64,000 nucleotides of DNA. It comes from the human T2T-CHM13v2.0 reference genome, Homo sapiens. The notes under the pieces were generated by a model. It was not told where the DNA came from, ran no database searches, and saw only the letters and a list, made by a program, of their open reading frames with translations. The translations under genes and the position numbers were made by a program. The stretch's first letter is position 1, and the number at the start of each line of letters is the position of its first letter. Below are positions 1-14,310 of the stretch, piece after piece. The stretch lies in NCBI RefSeq assembly GCF_009914755.1, contig NC_060926.1. The stretch is one strand, 5' to 3'.

Positions 1-1344
1 GAGTAGGTAATGCAAAGACACCAGGAACAAATGAGCAAGTAAATAATCCACATGCAGATGCCAAAGAAGGGCAAAGCAAGAGGAAAGGCCTCTAAACGCT
101 GTACGGAGGAACTTCACTGGATGAGGAAGACTCTCAGATACCCAAGATGACTGCCAAAGGGGACATGTAGCCAATGTCTCCTCAGTGAAAGCAGTGGTAA
201 CATCACGTCAAGAAAAGAGGCAAGGCCTTTCACATGAAAGCAGCCATCATGGCGGCCAGCACTCCTGACTCCCGATGTGGACCTACTCGCTCTCATTTAG
301 CTTAAGTTCTCTCTGTAGAGTGCCTAATGAATGATTATTATGTTAACAGATAGAAGAAAAAACATAAGTGGCACCTCTAATTGATATAACCAATAACTCT
401 CAGTTAATGATTACTTACTGTAATTAAAATAGTGCACATTATTTAAAAGTTTTAACATACCACGGGGAAGAACAATACAAGATATAAAATGGCACAGTAT
501 AATTCTGAGTGCAACCATGCAAAAAAAAGCATCATTTAAATCAGAGATTATTCATTTACCATATATTCTTAGCATAAGGAAAGTATATTCATTTAAAAAG
601 TATGAACCCTATGAGTATTGCTTTAATGCTATGTGTCTTTTTAGAAGCCAAAAATAAACAACGTTTATAAAAACATTGTTTTAAACCAAAGGCTGTTAAA
701 AAAAGAAAAAAATCACACAGATCACAAATAAGTAACAATTTTTTAAAAGCAATTCAACATTTTAAATTTTTGCCTCCAAAGTATTATATCACATTGATCA
801 GAATACCAGACTACCCTTTTTATTTTCCTTTCTGGTTATGCCCTTAAAAACACTGTGATGCTTCTAAGAGCTTTAAACTTGTAAATAACCCCTCCCAGAA
901 GCGCAAATCTCCATATCTTAATATCATGAAAGCTGGAACTGTAAAATAAAATCTGTTAGCAGCTGAAATCTTAATGAGGTTCTACAAAGAAGAGGCTTTT
1001 CTGCAATGACTCAATGCATGGAAACAGTTGAGTAATTATAAATGCATGGGCTGAATGTGAGTTGGCAAATATAATACCACAGAATGTACCCAGAACTAGG
1101 GTTGTCCCAGTTCAAATGAGACTATATTCCTTTACCAGTACAGGCAAACAACTAACCTGAAATGTCTTTGGCTAAGAGATAGGTGTGAGCCCATAAAATT
1201 ATGTCCCTTGACTCCTCATTTACATGGTGACAATCTGTTCTGGCCCACCAGCAGCCTGTTCAACAACAAAGCACTTCAGAAAGAGCTCTGCATAATATTG
1301 GTTTCATCAGACATAATAGAAGCCAATGACAAATGGACTTAAGT

Positions 1345-1520
1345 GGTGGTTCTCAAAACTTGGGGACATGAGACTCCCCCATAAAGAACTTGAGAAAAAT
1401 GAAGATTCTGGGATCTACCACCAGGGGACCCAATTCACTAGGTTTATATGAGCCCAGGAATCTGCACTTAAATAAGCACCCTCCAGCCAAGCAGGCTGAC
1501 CCAGGGAAATACAAGACTAG
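1345..1520. mobile_element. MER5-like hAT-Charlie DNA transposon relic
   Basis: GTGGTTCTCAAAACTT terminus, AGATTCTGGG and GAGCCCAGGAATCTGCA motifs. Confidence 0.7.
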
Positions 1521-1924
1521 GGTGTGTGCCCTGGAGGGAAATAGAGAAAGGCTGGAGGGCAAATGCAAATGATGGGTGGAGAAAAGGAGCTGCATTTTTT
1601 GGGAGGGTGTATGGGGAGTACTCCACCACTATCACTTTTTCAGGGAAAAGGAAAGCAGTTTCCTCAAAAGTGTTCTCTGAACCTTCACACATATAACTGT
1701 AAACTTAGAACATGTCCTAGAAATATTTCAGTACAATTATTCATGGTAAAGAAATCAAACTCCACATGCTTATTTCTGGTTATACATAGTTTTTTAAAAG
1801 AAAAAAAAAAGAAATAAAAAAGCTTCAGGGCCAAACTCTCTCAAATCCATTCTTATTTAGAAATTCCAAAAATTTAGGAATGCTTGATTATATGAATATT
1901 GCATGGGTCAAGGTAAGTGGAGTG

Positions 1925-2235
1925 GGTCTTCATTCAGTCCATGGGTTCTAGACTCACAGATTCAACAACCCTGGATTAAAAATTTTAAGTAAATAATAAT
2001 AATGCAACAATATAAAATACAAATAAAAATACAGTATAACACTTACATAGCATTTACATTGTATTAGATATTATAAGCAATCTAGAGATGATTATTTAAA
2101 GTATACAGGAGGAGGTGAGGAGGTAATAGGCAAACACTATGCCCTTTTATGTAAGATGGACTTGAGCATCCTTGATATGTTGATATTCAAATGAGTCCTG
2201 GAACCAATCCCCCTGGACACAAAAGGATGATTCTA
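1925..2235 (+). mobile_element. MER2-like TcMar-Tigger element
   Basis: CATAGCATTTACATTGTATTAG...TCTAGAGATGAT...GACTTGAGCATCC...CCTGGAACCAATCCCCC hallmark blocks. Confidence 0.8.
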
Positions 2236-3051
2236 TTATTATTATTCTCTGCTTACCATAGATAAAAACCAGGCAGAGTCTTTATAATTAACACACCTAA
2301 ACATGGTAGAAAGTTAAAATGGAAACACTGTGAAACCTTATAGTTTTATAATTTTGTTTCCACAATTTTTATTTTTCCCTAAATCTATTAAATTCCAAGC
2401 CCTATATGTTAATATGTTTCATTTTTACAATGTGAGATAAACCACAGTGAAATATCTAACTTTGTGAGAAAGCCCAGTGAAATATCAGCATTTTCCACGG
2501 ATAATCTATCCCACTGGAAAAACAGGTTTCAACAGAGCCTTCTAAGAGCTGCAGGCTGCCCCCATAGTCATCTGGCTTATAGTACTCATCATGGAAGGCA
2601 TAATATAATAAATACATTTATGAAGGTGAACTATGCTGGGCTTAAATCAGAAGAATAGACTTTTGAGAGACATGAAGCCACAGGTTTCTCTGAGGTACCA
2701 AAGACCACTTCTTCTGAAAGGTACAATAAGGGCATTCTGAGAGGACGTATGTATTTTATAGTTTAGGAAATGACACTGAAAAGCTGAAAAAAAAATGGGT
2801 GTAATTCCATGGATGAAATCATGTTAGGGGAGATGATTTAAAAGAGTTGTGAAGCTGTGGAAATATTCGTATGATCACAATTATGAAAAAGAAGATAGGT
2901 GGGCATCATCATGAGAAATAATAGTAATAAGAATAACATTCATTGTGTACAATGTCACTTATCATTAAAATAATATCTCAATTAATCCTTAAAACTGCCT
3001 TAAAGTAAGGAGGGTTCTTATCTTATTTTACACATGAAGTATAGAAAAGTT

Positions 3052-3423
<372 letters not shown>

Positions 3424-3769
3424 TTAATTAAGACTAGGTAACTATTGTTGAAAATGAAGCAGAGAAACAAGTAGGAATCTCTAAGAATCTTATCAAAGAG
3501 GTTACAGCCCAGGAGATCTAAGATAAGTGAAACCTCTAACTTTGACAAAGTTATTAAGTGAAGTCAGGAACTCAATGATGATCTAGAAAAACACAGGACA
3601 ACTGCTGTGGGAGATGATGTCATGTAAAACTATAAAGAAAGTGGAGGCAAAACTACCCAATTACCCACCTATTTCCATTTTATCTGCTAGACCAAAAGAA
3701 GTTTCAAACTGGAAATGCTAGAACAATGGCTAAGAAAGCCCTGGGAGCTAATATAGAAAATAAAATCAT

Positions 3770-4990
3770 AAAAGAACATCTGGATGCAGTAAATGAGTAT
3801 AAACCTACTGGCCTAGAGATTCACATCCCAGGGTATGGGAGGAATGCATAGAAGCGATATCTGATGGTAAAAATAAATAAATAAATAAAATCATGAACAA
3901 ACAGAAATTCCAGAACAAGTAATATTTTCACTCAAAGTTCAAAAATTAAAAAGTAAAAAAGTTCAGTCCACAGATGTAATCCCAAACCATGATCCTGTCC
4001 TTTTATCAGACTTATAGGAACAGCAAAAATACGTGAGAAAGCCTTTCATGATAACCTTGGACCTGACAGGGTAGTTCCATAGTTTGTGCCTTGTTGAATA
4101 ACTAATCTTAAAATTAATAGCCTGAAAGGTGGTTTTCAGGGTTACACACTGAGTACTATCGTGGGCCCCGCCTATTCAACATTTTACCAATGATTTGGGT
4201 GAAGACGCTTATAAAATCTGTAGATTTTGCAAGGTTAATATAGTTGATAATATGATTTAGATTCAAAAGGATGGGCTATAACACTTGACTATATAAAACG
4301 GAATAAGAATGTATTAAATTATTTTTAAAATTATATATGTATACACATAATTTTTGACCTTGCATAAATTTATGTGAAATAGGAAACAAAAACAAGACAA
4401 ACTATTACATTGAGGTGACTTAATATAAGCCACTATTGTGAACATCTGCTAAAACAAACTAATGCATTTATAGAAAGTCAAGACCACAATGAGGTAATGA
4501 GATAAGTTCGTGTCAGAGGGACCATGAGCAACCAGATACAAGGGGGATATACTAGCTTGGTGCAAAAGTAATTGCGATTTTTGCCATTGAAAGGGTAAAA
4601 ACCGCAATTACTTTTGCAACAACTTAATACAACATGAAAGGAGAGAAAAGAGACCAAATGTATACAAAGACTCCTGTGGTTGTTTAGTCCACAAAAAAAA
4701 AAAAAATAGAGTCTTAGGGAGGGCATGATCTTAGTTTCCAAATATCTGAGTTGTAGAAAAAGAACTATATCAATATACTTTCAAGATGATTTCCTTTATA
4801 ATCCCTAGAAATAGTAAAACAAGAGCAAATGGTGATGTCTACAGCCTCACCAAAAAGTGAGCTCCTCATCTCTGGAAGTAGCTAAGTGAAGGCTGGATCA
4901 AGCTCTACCAGGGAAGTCATGGAGGAGAGCACTGAACATAATGAGGGAGTGGGAAAAGATATATTAATTATGTTTTATGGCTCTACGATA
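3770..4990 (+). mobile_element. Ancient CR1/L3 LINE remnant (degenerate ORF2 reverse transcriptase)
   Basis: Frameshifted motifs: EHLDAVNEYKPTG..HPRVWEE (about 3774-3860; cf. CR1 KSxGPDxIHPRVLxE), GPxxFNIxTNDL (about 4160-4200; cf. LGPVLFNIFINDL), SSSSLEVAK*RLD (about 4860-4900; cf. SPSLEVFKxRLD). Confidence 0.7.
4552..4627. mobile_element. MADE1 (Hsmar1-derived MITE)
   Basis: TTGGTGCAAAAGTAATTGCG...CGCAATTACTTTTGCAACAA inverted termini with TA on both sides (4550-4551, 4628-4629). Confidence 0.92.
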
Positions 4991-5168
4991 ATCCCAACAG
5001 CCATCTAGTTTTTCTCTTTTTCACAGACACTCCTATACACTACTCAGCTATGTTATTTTAATGGTGATCTATACTTCAGTAGACGGGAGGGTATGATGAT
5101 ATAAAACAGAAATTAAATAATAATTAGAAAGCTGAATTTAGATCATGTGCAAAGCTCCAACATTTTCT

Positions 5169-5539
<371 letters not shown>

Positions 5540-7449
5540 TTAATACGACTTCACTGAAGGAATAGCTTTTTCCATGGACAAGATGGTGAATTAACATTTT
5601 TATCATGGCTAAAGTATACTGCCTACTTTATATTTTCAACGCCTTACTTTAAAAAAAACCAAGACAAGTTTTTTTTTGTTTTTTTTTGTTTTTTTTTGTT
5701 TTCTATACCATGGTGTCATAACACCACTTACAACAAATGCCAAGTCTTTCTGAAGGAGGAATCTTTACTTGAAATATGCAAGCACTATTTAGCATTGTTT
5801 TGTTTTTAAAGATTGGTCACAGTGTGAATGCCCTTCCTACTGCAGGGGATAATGTTAAGAAATTTAACTTGAAAAGAGTTTCCAGCTCATCTTCACAATG
5901 TAATGATACTCCTGCTAAGTCTGGATTTAATTACAAATCAACAAAGAATGAGGAAGGGAGGAAGTTCAACATGGCTCCCCATCACTCCATCACTGCCCCC
6001 CACCATCACTGACTTTTTTTTTCTTTTGGTCTGTGTACATCACAGCCCAGAGTGATTAATAACCTGTGCAAACAGACTATTCTAGAGATCACAAACTGCC
6101 TTTTTCTGTGTGTGTTAGTTTAGTAGTTGAGGCTATTTGAGGGATCTTAAAAGCACTACAGAATAAAACCTTTGTTTAAAGGAATATCGGGCACAGATTC
6201 TTCTCTCTGCTCCTCCTCACAGAAACTTAAGCAGAACTCCTTGAACTCTGACCTGAAAGGACGCTTGGGTCAGCCACATCTAATCCTAGACTCTGAGATT
6301 AGTTTAATGATATTTGAGGCAGCTGGGATGAACCCAGCTAAATTCTGTGTGCTAAATTCTGTGGCCACATTGTAAAATGAGTCATTGTTCCTCGGGGAGA
6401 GTCTTCTTGTCTCAATTGGTATTTGAGTTAAACTGATATTACTGATCACCTATTCCTCAGTACAGATAACTTCACAATTAGAACAGGAGTATATTTGTGC
6501 CTCGTTGATCAGAACTCCATATTTTCCAGTATCATCTGCAAACCTTGCTTCTTCGCAAAAAATTGAACAAAGAATGCTGGCAATTAATGTCTTTACCAAT
6601 CTCCAATCTTGAGGTGAGACCACAACTCTGAAATGTTGCCCTCCCAGCGCACGCTACTATAACTTTATGGAATATTTAGATTGCAGTTCAAGAAGAATGA
6701 ATGCTCCATTATTTTAACAGTCTGCTCAGGGTGGTCACTCTATTTTTTAATGCAATGTACTACACAGGAATGACATCATAAGGGTATCATAAAAGCAAGT
6801 GTTAAAATCTATGATGAATTTTCCTATTATAACTAAGCAGCTAATAGTGTAAAAGTAGATCAAAACATACATTTATGGTCTGGTAAGACATTTACATTCA
6901 CCTTTGTAAATATAAAAATAAAGTTTTTTTTAAAACCATAAAATTCCCTTCTGCCTCTTACTTGTAAAGCTCCATTAGTGATCACAGACACCTGGAATTT
7001 TTTTTTCCTAATTAAAGAAGCCCAAGTAGTAATTGCTAATACATGGCATTTATTAATCTTGGGTAGTTTCTTTCTTATGATAAGGATCTCATTTGGACAA
7101 TACTACTATGTATCAAATACAAATCACACTGAATCATTTACTCTCCTCTGCCACATACATTCCATTTTCATTCTCTAACAAAGCTTCCTTTGCCACCTGT
7201 GACGGGTTCTTTCCAAGTCACTATGTCCAGAAAAAAGAAAAAAAAAAAAAATTCACCTCTTTGTCCTCCCACTCTCACTTAAAACTTAACTCCATCCTTA
7301 CAAGTAGAATGTACCATCCAGAAACTCGCCAAGTACATCTATGCATGACGATCCCCCTTAACTTTCCTTGCTTATATCTACCTTCAAACAAGAAGTGAAA
7401 AAGAGGGAGAGAGTATTACCACTAAATGACTATTGCTCTATTTATTAAC

Positions 7450-7695
7450 ATTTTTTCAACAAATACTATTTTAATATGAATACCTACCATGTTCTAGGAA
7501 CTATGCTATGAACATTGTTTGGATGTCATTTTCTCCTCACAACATTATGAGGGTAGATGTTATTTTTATTTACAGATAAACTGAAGTTCATGGAGGTCAA
7601 CATACACACCCAATGTCACAAAACAAGCAAGTGACAGAGTCAAGGTATAAATCCCTACTGTGTGACTCCAAAGCTAGTGCTTTCACCACTATAAT
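7450..7695 (-). mobile_element. MIR
   Basis: TTTACAGATAAACTGAAGTTCATGGAGGT...TGTGACTCCAAAGC MIR core. Confidence 0.65.
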
Positions 7696-7729
7696 GGTTA
7701 TAGTGCAGTCTGGACTGTATGGCAAGTCA

Positions 7730-8240
7730 TAGGTGTGGACAGGACTAGTTCCTAGACTAGAACAACTCACAGAACAGGGAGAAAAGAGATAAGTAAACAG
7801 ATAAATGATAACCCACTGTGTTAACAACTGTTACAAAGATAAGTGTTATAGGGGCATAAAGAAGAAAGTAACTAATGCTATTTGGTGAACAGTGGGATAA
7901 GGGGATGATTCTCCCAGGCTGATAACCTCAATTGTAATTGAATCTTAAGTTTCTCAGGTGAACTGAAGAGGGGGAAGCATTTCAGAAAACGCCTAAGGAC
8001 AGAGATTCAAGAAAAAATATGGGGCATCTGACAAACTACAGAAAATTCAGCTCTGAAGGAGGGTGGGGAGTGCGAGGAGTCACATGGTTGAAGGGAATGA
8101 AAAGGAAGACCAGAGCCTGACTGCCAGGCCCAAAATCTGATGAATAGAAAAGCACTGTTGACTGGGGAGTGTGAAGCTATTTGAAGCAAATGAGAGCTAG
8201 ATTGTAAGGACACAGTGATGCATACTTGGAAAATATTTAA
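7730..8240 (-). mobile_element. L2 LINE fragment
   Basis: Purine-rich degenerate sequence with L2-like blocks; family assigned by eye. Confidence 0.45.
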
Positions 8241-9469
8241 CAAGGAGGATATAAAATATGGTGGTAGCCTCAGTCAGGAAGCAAATACTAAGAATTCCTG
8301 GTTTTGTCTGCAGTAGTCCTGACTGAGCACTTCTGTATTACAAACAGAAGAAGCCAATGAAGAGTGAGAAATAGAAGATACAAGAATTCTGGGGACAAAT
8401 GATGAAGCATAACCCCAAATAAAGCTGAGAGAGTCAGCAATGGAAGGAGCAAGGAGAGAGGCTGCCCTTGGGCAGGGGAAGGAACCCCTCACCACACGCC
8501 CCTCCTGAATGCACAGCACACAAAGACTAAAGCGTCTGCTTCAGCATGGCATTACTTTGTCTTCTGTGCTGTTCTTTATTTTTCCTATGTGTCTTTGTCT
8601 TCTCTCCCCAACTAGGTAATAAGTCCCCCAAAGGTAGTGGTCATATTTTCTATTTCTTTGTATCTCCCTCCATATTAAAACAATGTGGACACATATGAAC
8701 CAGTCTTTTATCACAATGATTTGAGAAGGAAATCAGGTAAAAAAAAAACAAAAAACAAAAAACAAACAAACAAAAAAACCTCCCTAATGGGGACAAGTCA
8801 CAGATGAGAAATAAAAACTGTGTATCTTCACTTTGTAGGGAACAAACTGCCCCAGATGAAACTGTAAAATCCATGGAGAATGTAGCTAACTATTTATCAG
8901 GAAAGGAGTGTAATAAGTTGTCACATCATAAATAATCCTGTTAGAGCAGGGGCTTAGGGATGAATCTGTTATCTCTTATTTCTTTTACAGTAAATAAATG
9001 CAAGTACTGTTTAGTTGGTAACAGAAAACACCAGTGCCAAGGAATATTACAGAATTTTTTTTAGCTAATATATTTCAAATTAATACATGAAATATGTTTG
9101 CTAGTTCTTTGGTTCCTCAAATTAGGAGAAAACATTTTTTAATAAAATGTATATCTTCTCATAATCTATATGTTTATTTTTGTAACTTACTCAGTGTTTA
9201 ATCTGAAAATAGTACTCCGAAGCACATATGTAATCTTTTCTTAGCATCACAGCTTTTGGCTTACAGGCTTTGAAGTCCCCAATTTTATAGATAAGAAAAC
9301 TGAGGTTCAAAGAAGTAGCTTCTCTCAACACATGCATGTTTAATAATGATGCCGGAGCTAAAGCCTGGTTTTCCTAACTCAGTGTCCCATATTCTTTCAT
9401 TAAACAAACCTAAAATGGAGACTGCTCTCTGAGATTATTTTCTCTGAATCTAATCAGGACTCCTTGCTG

Positions 9470-9980
9470 GCACTGTTAGCTTTCTGCCCCTCTGCTCTCT
9501 GCCTTCTCTGATTTCCCATGATAGATTCACAAATAAGCTGTGGCCAACAGTGCTCCTTACCTACCCAATGTCCACTTTTCCTACTAGAGAGTCGCTTTTT
9601 TTTTTTTTTTTCTGAGCAGCATTGTGTCAAATAAAAAACTTGATTTCCCAGGCTCTCTAGTCCTGAGACTGAGATAAAGACAAAGTCTTAAGGAAGGCTG
9701 TCCATTCCAGAATAATAAAGGCAGAGCTTCACGAGAGGCATTTGGCCTTCTGCTCTTCTTTCCCTACCCTCTTCCTGCCTGGAATCTCAACTGGGTATCT
9801 GGAGATCCAGCAGCCATTTTTCAATCTAAGAGATGCCAGAAGATAGCCAGAGCCCAGGTCCCTGGCGGCATTGTGAAGATGCTGCACTGGACACCTACAC
9901 GAGACAAATAAAACTCCTGTTTGGTTAAGCCGCTGTTGAAGAGTTTCTGCTACATATAGTCACTTGCAATCTTAAATGAT
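9470..9980 (+). mobile_element. MLT1 (ERVL-MaLR) solo LTR fragment
   Basis: CTTCCTGCCTGGAA...GCAGCCATTTT...GAGCCCAGGTCCCTG...AATAAAACTCCTGTTTGGTTAAGCC 3' signature. Confidence 0.65.
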
Positions 9981-10009
9981 TAATACCTAAGCTAACATTT
10001 TAATAAGGA

Positions 10010-10510
10010 CTGACATATTCCTAACATGTCACTCCACTGACTCAAACCCTTTCAGTGGTGGTCTCAAGCAGGAGACCACTAAATAAAACATTAACTTTTT
10101 AGTTTGGCATCCAAGGTACTTTACAATAGATTCAAGTTCTGATACCTCTTAAACATATCCTGCATACCAGCCAAGCAGAATTCACTGCCAACTGTCTGTC
10201 TCACCTTCTCTCTGCCCATCAAAATCTTGCAGTCTTGTCAAGGCCCCTCTCACACATCACCTCCCTCATCCATCTAAACTGATCCTTCCAATCTGATGAG
10301 ATTTCTCCCTCTTTTGAATTTTCAAAGCAATTTTGTCTTCATGATAGCCACGGTACTTGTGTGCTCTCGTAGGCAAGGGCACCTTCAGGTCAGGGATCTT
10401 GTTGTACTGGTACGGGAACTCTCCTCTTTCCCCATCCACCCCCCACCAGGGCAATGCCCAATACACAGCAGATGATTAATAGTCACTTATTAAATTGAAT
10501 TAATAAATAC
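10010..10510 (+). mobile_element. L2 3' fragment
   Basis: ATGTCACTCCACTGACTCAAACCCTTTCAGTGG start and TTATTAAATTGAATTAAT end. Confidence 0.55.
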
Positions 10511-12771
10511 ATACCCCTCTCCTAATGTATCTCTGACTGATCCGGAAAGAGTCCATGCCAGCACTCTAATGACTTAGGAGGGAGCTTGTGTGACAGCAGG
10601 AGTGAGCTGAGCTGCAGTTCAAATTGCTGTATTGTTTTGACACCAGAACAAGTGATAATGGGCTGTGACTCGGTGTGTCAAAGCGCTCACTCAAGACTCC
10701 GGTGCCAGCCTTTCCTGCTTGTCACGGGCCCCAGTCTGCAAAAGCCTTTCCTTTCGAAGCACCATGTGGCATCTTCTTCAGAAAAGCCTATAGCTGGTCA
10801 CTCTTCTCCCCAAGGATCACAAACAAAACAACGACTGGGAGCAAGGTCTCACTGGGATCTGACTGCAACACTTGTCCCTCCAGGAATGATCACTGGCACG
10901 TGGTAAGAGGGGGTGAATGGGCAGCAGGCTGTGACAGAGAGCCAGGACAAGGCAAAACGGCAGTCTTCCCATAAAGCAAAGGCCACCCCACATGCAGCAC
11001 TGAAGAAGCATGAAGTTCAGGTTGCAAAACATCGGGGAAAATAAAAGAAGGAAAAGTTTATAGAATGAGTGCAACAGAGAATATGTAATTTAAATACAAC
11101 CTAAAACACAAAACAACATAAGAATGAGCACCACAATTATGTGCGTATTAAAATATAGGACCTGAAGCAAGAAACGCTCTATCCTTCACAGTACAGACTT
11201 ATAACACATACTTCACATATGTGTGACTACAAGCCCAAAAGGAAGAAGTTATCTTCAGGAAGAGAATAGTTGTAAGCTTGTTATCTGACCAGTGGCCATG
11301 GTCTCAAAGAAATAACCATTCAAAATGACTAAAACAAAGTAACTGTTGTACACAATTAATTGAAATGGAGACCAAGTCATAAATTAGTATAAATCTCCAA
11401 GAATAAATTGCTAATCATTAGCCATATAAATCATTTAAAGTGCTATATAGTATTGTTTTAACTTATTAGCTGCTATGTATAATATCATGTTTAAAATTGT
11501 ATTGCTATAAGAAGAATTTAATACCAATAGTGCATCCTGGATAAAACATAACTGAGTTTACATTAAGATAACATATATGGATATCCAAATTACATTAGAA
11601 TACTGCAGATGAGCTATTTAATTTGATGGAAAAGTGAATACTTCATTCATCAGAAGTTTGATTAAATAACTAAATCCCTGATTTATCCAATGAGGTTGTG
11701 CCTGGTGAGTGACCCGTGGCCCATCACCTCTCTAATGCCTTCCCACAAGGGTCTACTGTGGCCACGCAAAGCTCTACGATTAGAAGCTAGATCTGGGGCA
11801 CCTGCACTGTGACCCTCCTGGCCCAGCCCTTCTCTTTCCTGGCATGATGCTCCACCCTGCTCTCCAAGACTTCTGCGAGTATCCTCCAGGGCCAGTAACA
11901 CTCCATGTGAGCTGTCCTTCTCTGTAAGGTTGTCCTCAGCCCCACCAAGCCTGTGTGCCAACTTGTAGCATCATCATTGCCCTCACTGCCACTGCCACTG
12001 CCAAGGGCCACAGGGTAGAGAGGTGGCTGTCAAAGGCATAGGCCTCAGCAGGGGTGAGTACAAAGGAAAGGAAAAGTAGAACTACTGGACCCAAGACTCA
12101 GCAGAAGTTACATTACATTATTTCGCACAAGGACTATTATATTTCTATTTTAGAGTGTTACAGTTATTTCCATACAGGTGTGGTTCTATTATACCAAAGG
12201 AGGTTATTTTGTTTATGATCTAGTGGATTATACTTTGTAGGAAACTGAATGAATTTTAAAAATATACAATTTTGAAAACATTATGTACAAATCTATGAAT
12301 GGGTAATTATCAAACAGACTATCCACTAATAATTATATTTGACCTTGAGGTACACCACACAATTTTTGATACAGATTTACCTTCGTAATTACACTTTTCT
12401 TAGAGTATTATTGGCTTTCAGTTGGTAATTCTAATATTAAAATAAACACACACCAAAAACACAGGAGGACCACACATCTACTAGTTGGCAGGAGAGAGGT
12501 CTTCTTCAAATGCTATGTTTACCACAGGTAATTCATGTTTAATTTTCTTTAAGAATAGAATCTGCTCAAAAATCAGGAAGACAGGAGGGGTTTAAATACT
12601 AACAAAAGGGAGAGAAACAGTAAAGTAGAAGACTGGAGAGGTGAAGAAAAAGTCAATAAATCAGAATAAATTAAACTACTACTTTTGAATTCCCCTCCAT
12701 GTCATTTCTTACTGCCTTGTTTACAGGCTAATTTCATTATGCTGGAACACAACTGACTATAACATAACATG

Positions 12772-13138
<367 letters not shown>

Positions 13139-14074
13139 TCATATAAATATCACCATTTACTTTTTTTTTTTAAGCCATGATCATTTAGGCCAGGTAAAAG
13201 TGCACCAAAATAATATAATTCGGCATGAAGCTACCTCCTGTGAAATGCTCTAGGAGAGAGGATAAAAAGGAACCATGATTCAAGGGTGACAAGTTCAGTT
13301 CTCATTACATTCAAATTTTCCAGCATACAAATACCTACTGACAACGCATCCCCAGAGGAAATCATTTACATCCCTTCTGCTCCACATAGTCCCAGATGTG
13401 CTTTGAGGCAGTTCCACAAGTGGAACCACTTGAGAAGAAGAGAAAAGATATGAGCAACTATTTCAGAGGAGGAATGGAAGGGAAAATCATCTGTCTTCTC
13501 AACACGACTGTGGGAAGAGTTGGATTAAATAAAATGGCTTCACTGTAGTCAAGCTGCATTTGTACTGAGGTAACTCAATATTTAGAACTTTAAGAAGAAA
13601 AACCAAGGAACAGAAAAAAAATTTGTCCCAAGACTATAACTCACTAATTACAAAGCTATCAGTGAATATTTAAAGTTTCATTTGTCATTAGTTAAGGATA
13701 TTTCATTGTTTAAAATACACAATTTTAACCAGATGATGGGGGTGGAAGTTTTATTATATTGTCAGCCTGTGTAAATATTTAAGTACTCTGAAGAAAAGGG
13801 GAAAGAAGCAATGTAGTGCAGAACAACTTATCCACAAAAAAGAAAATAACATTCTTCTAAGTTGATGCAGTCATGGAATAGGATATTGTCAATTTAAAAA
13901 CATGAATACCAGAAGACCTAGTCTACCTATACCTTAAGAAAATTTAAGATTGGTACTTCACATCCAGTATCTCAGAATAAGGGCTCATATGAATTGAAGC
14001 TACAGAAAACAAAAGAAATTGACACACTGTATCTGGCTTCTGCATTGTAAAGTAATAATAACAACAACTGGAAT

Positions 14075-14310
14075 CATAATAGCAACTAACATGATTCAGC
14101 CCTTACCCTGTGTCAAGGGCAATGTAAAGCACTTTATTTGGATTGTTTCATTTAATCTTCCTAACAACCCTACAAGGGGGAATTATAATTACTACCCTGA
14201 TTTCATAGAAGAGGAAACTGAGGCAGAGAATCGCAGAGCTGGGAAGTGGGGAGCACCAAGATGAAAGGCCCGGCAGTCAGAGTCCACAACGCCTAACCAC
14301 TGCACTATAC
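14075..14310 (-). mobile_element. MIR
   Basis: TCATTTAATCTTCCTAACAACCCT...GAGGAAACTGAGGCAGAGA core. Confidence 0.75.
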
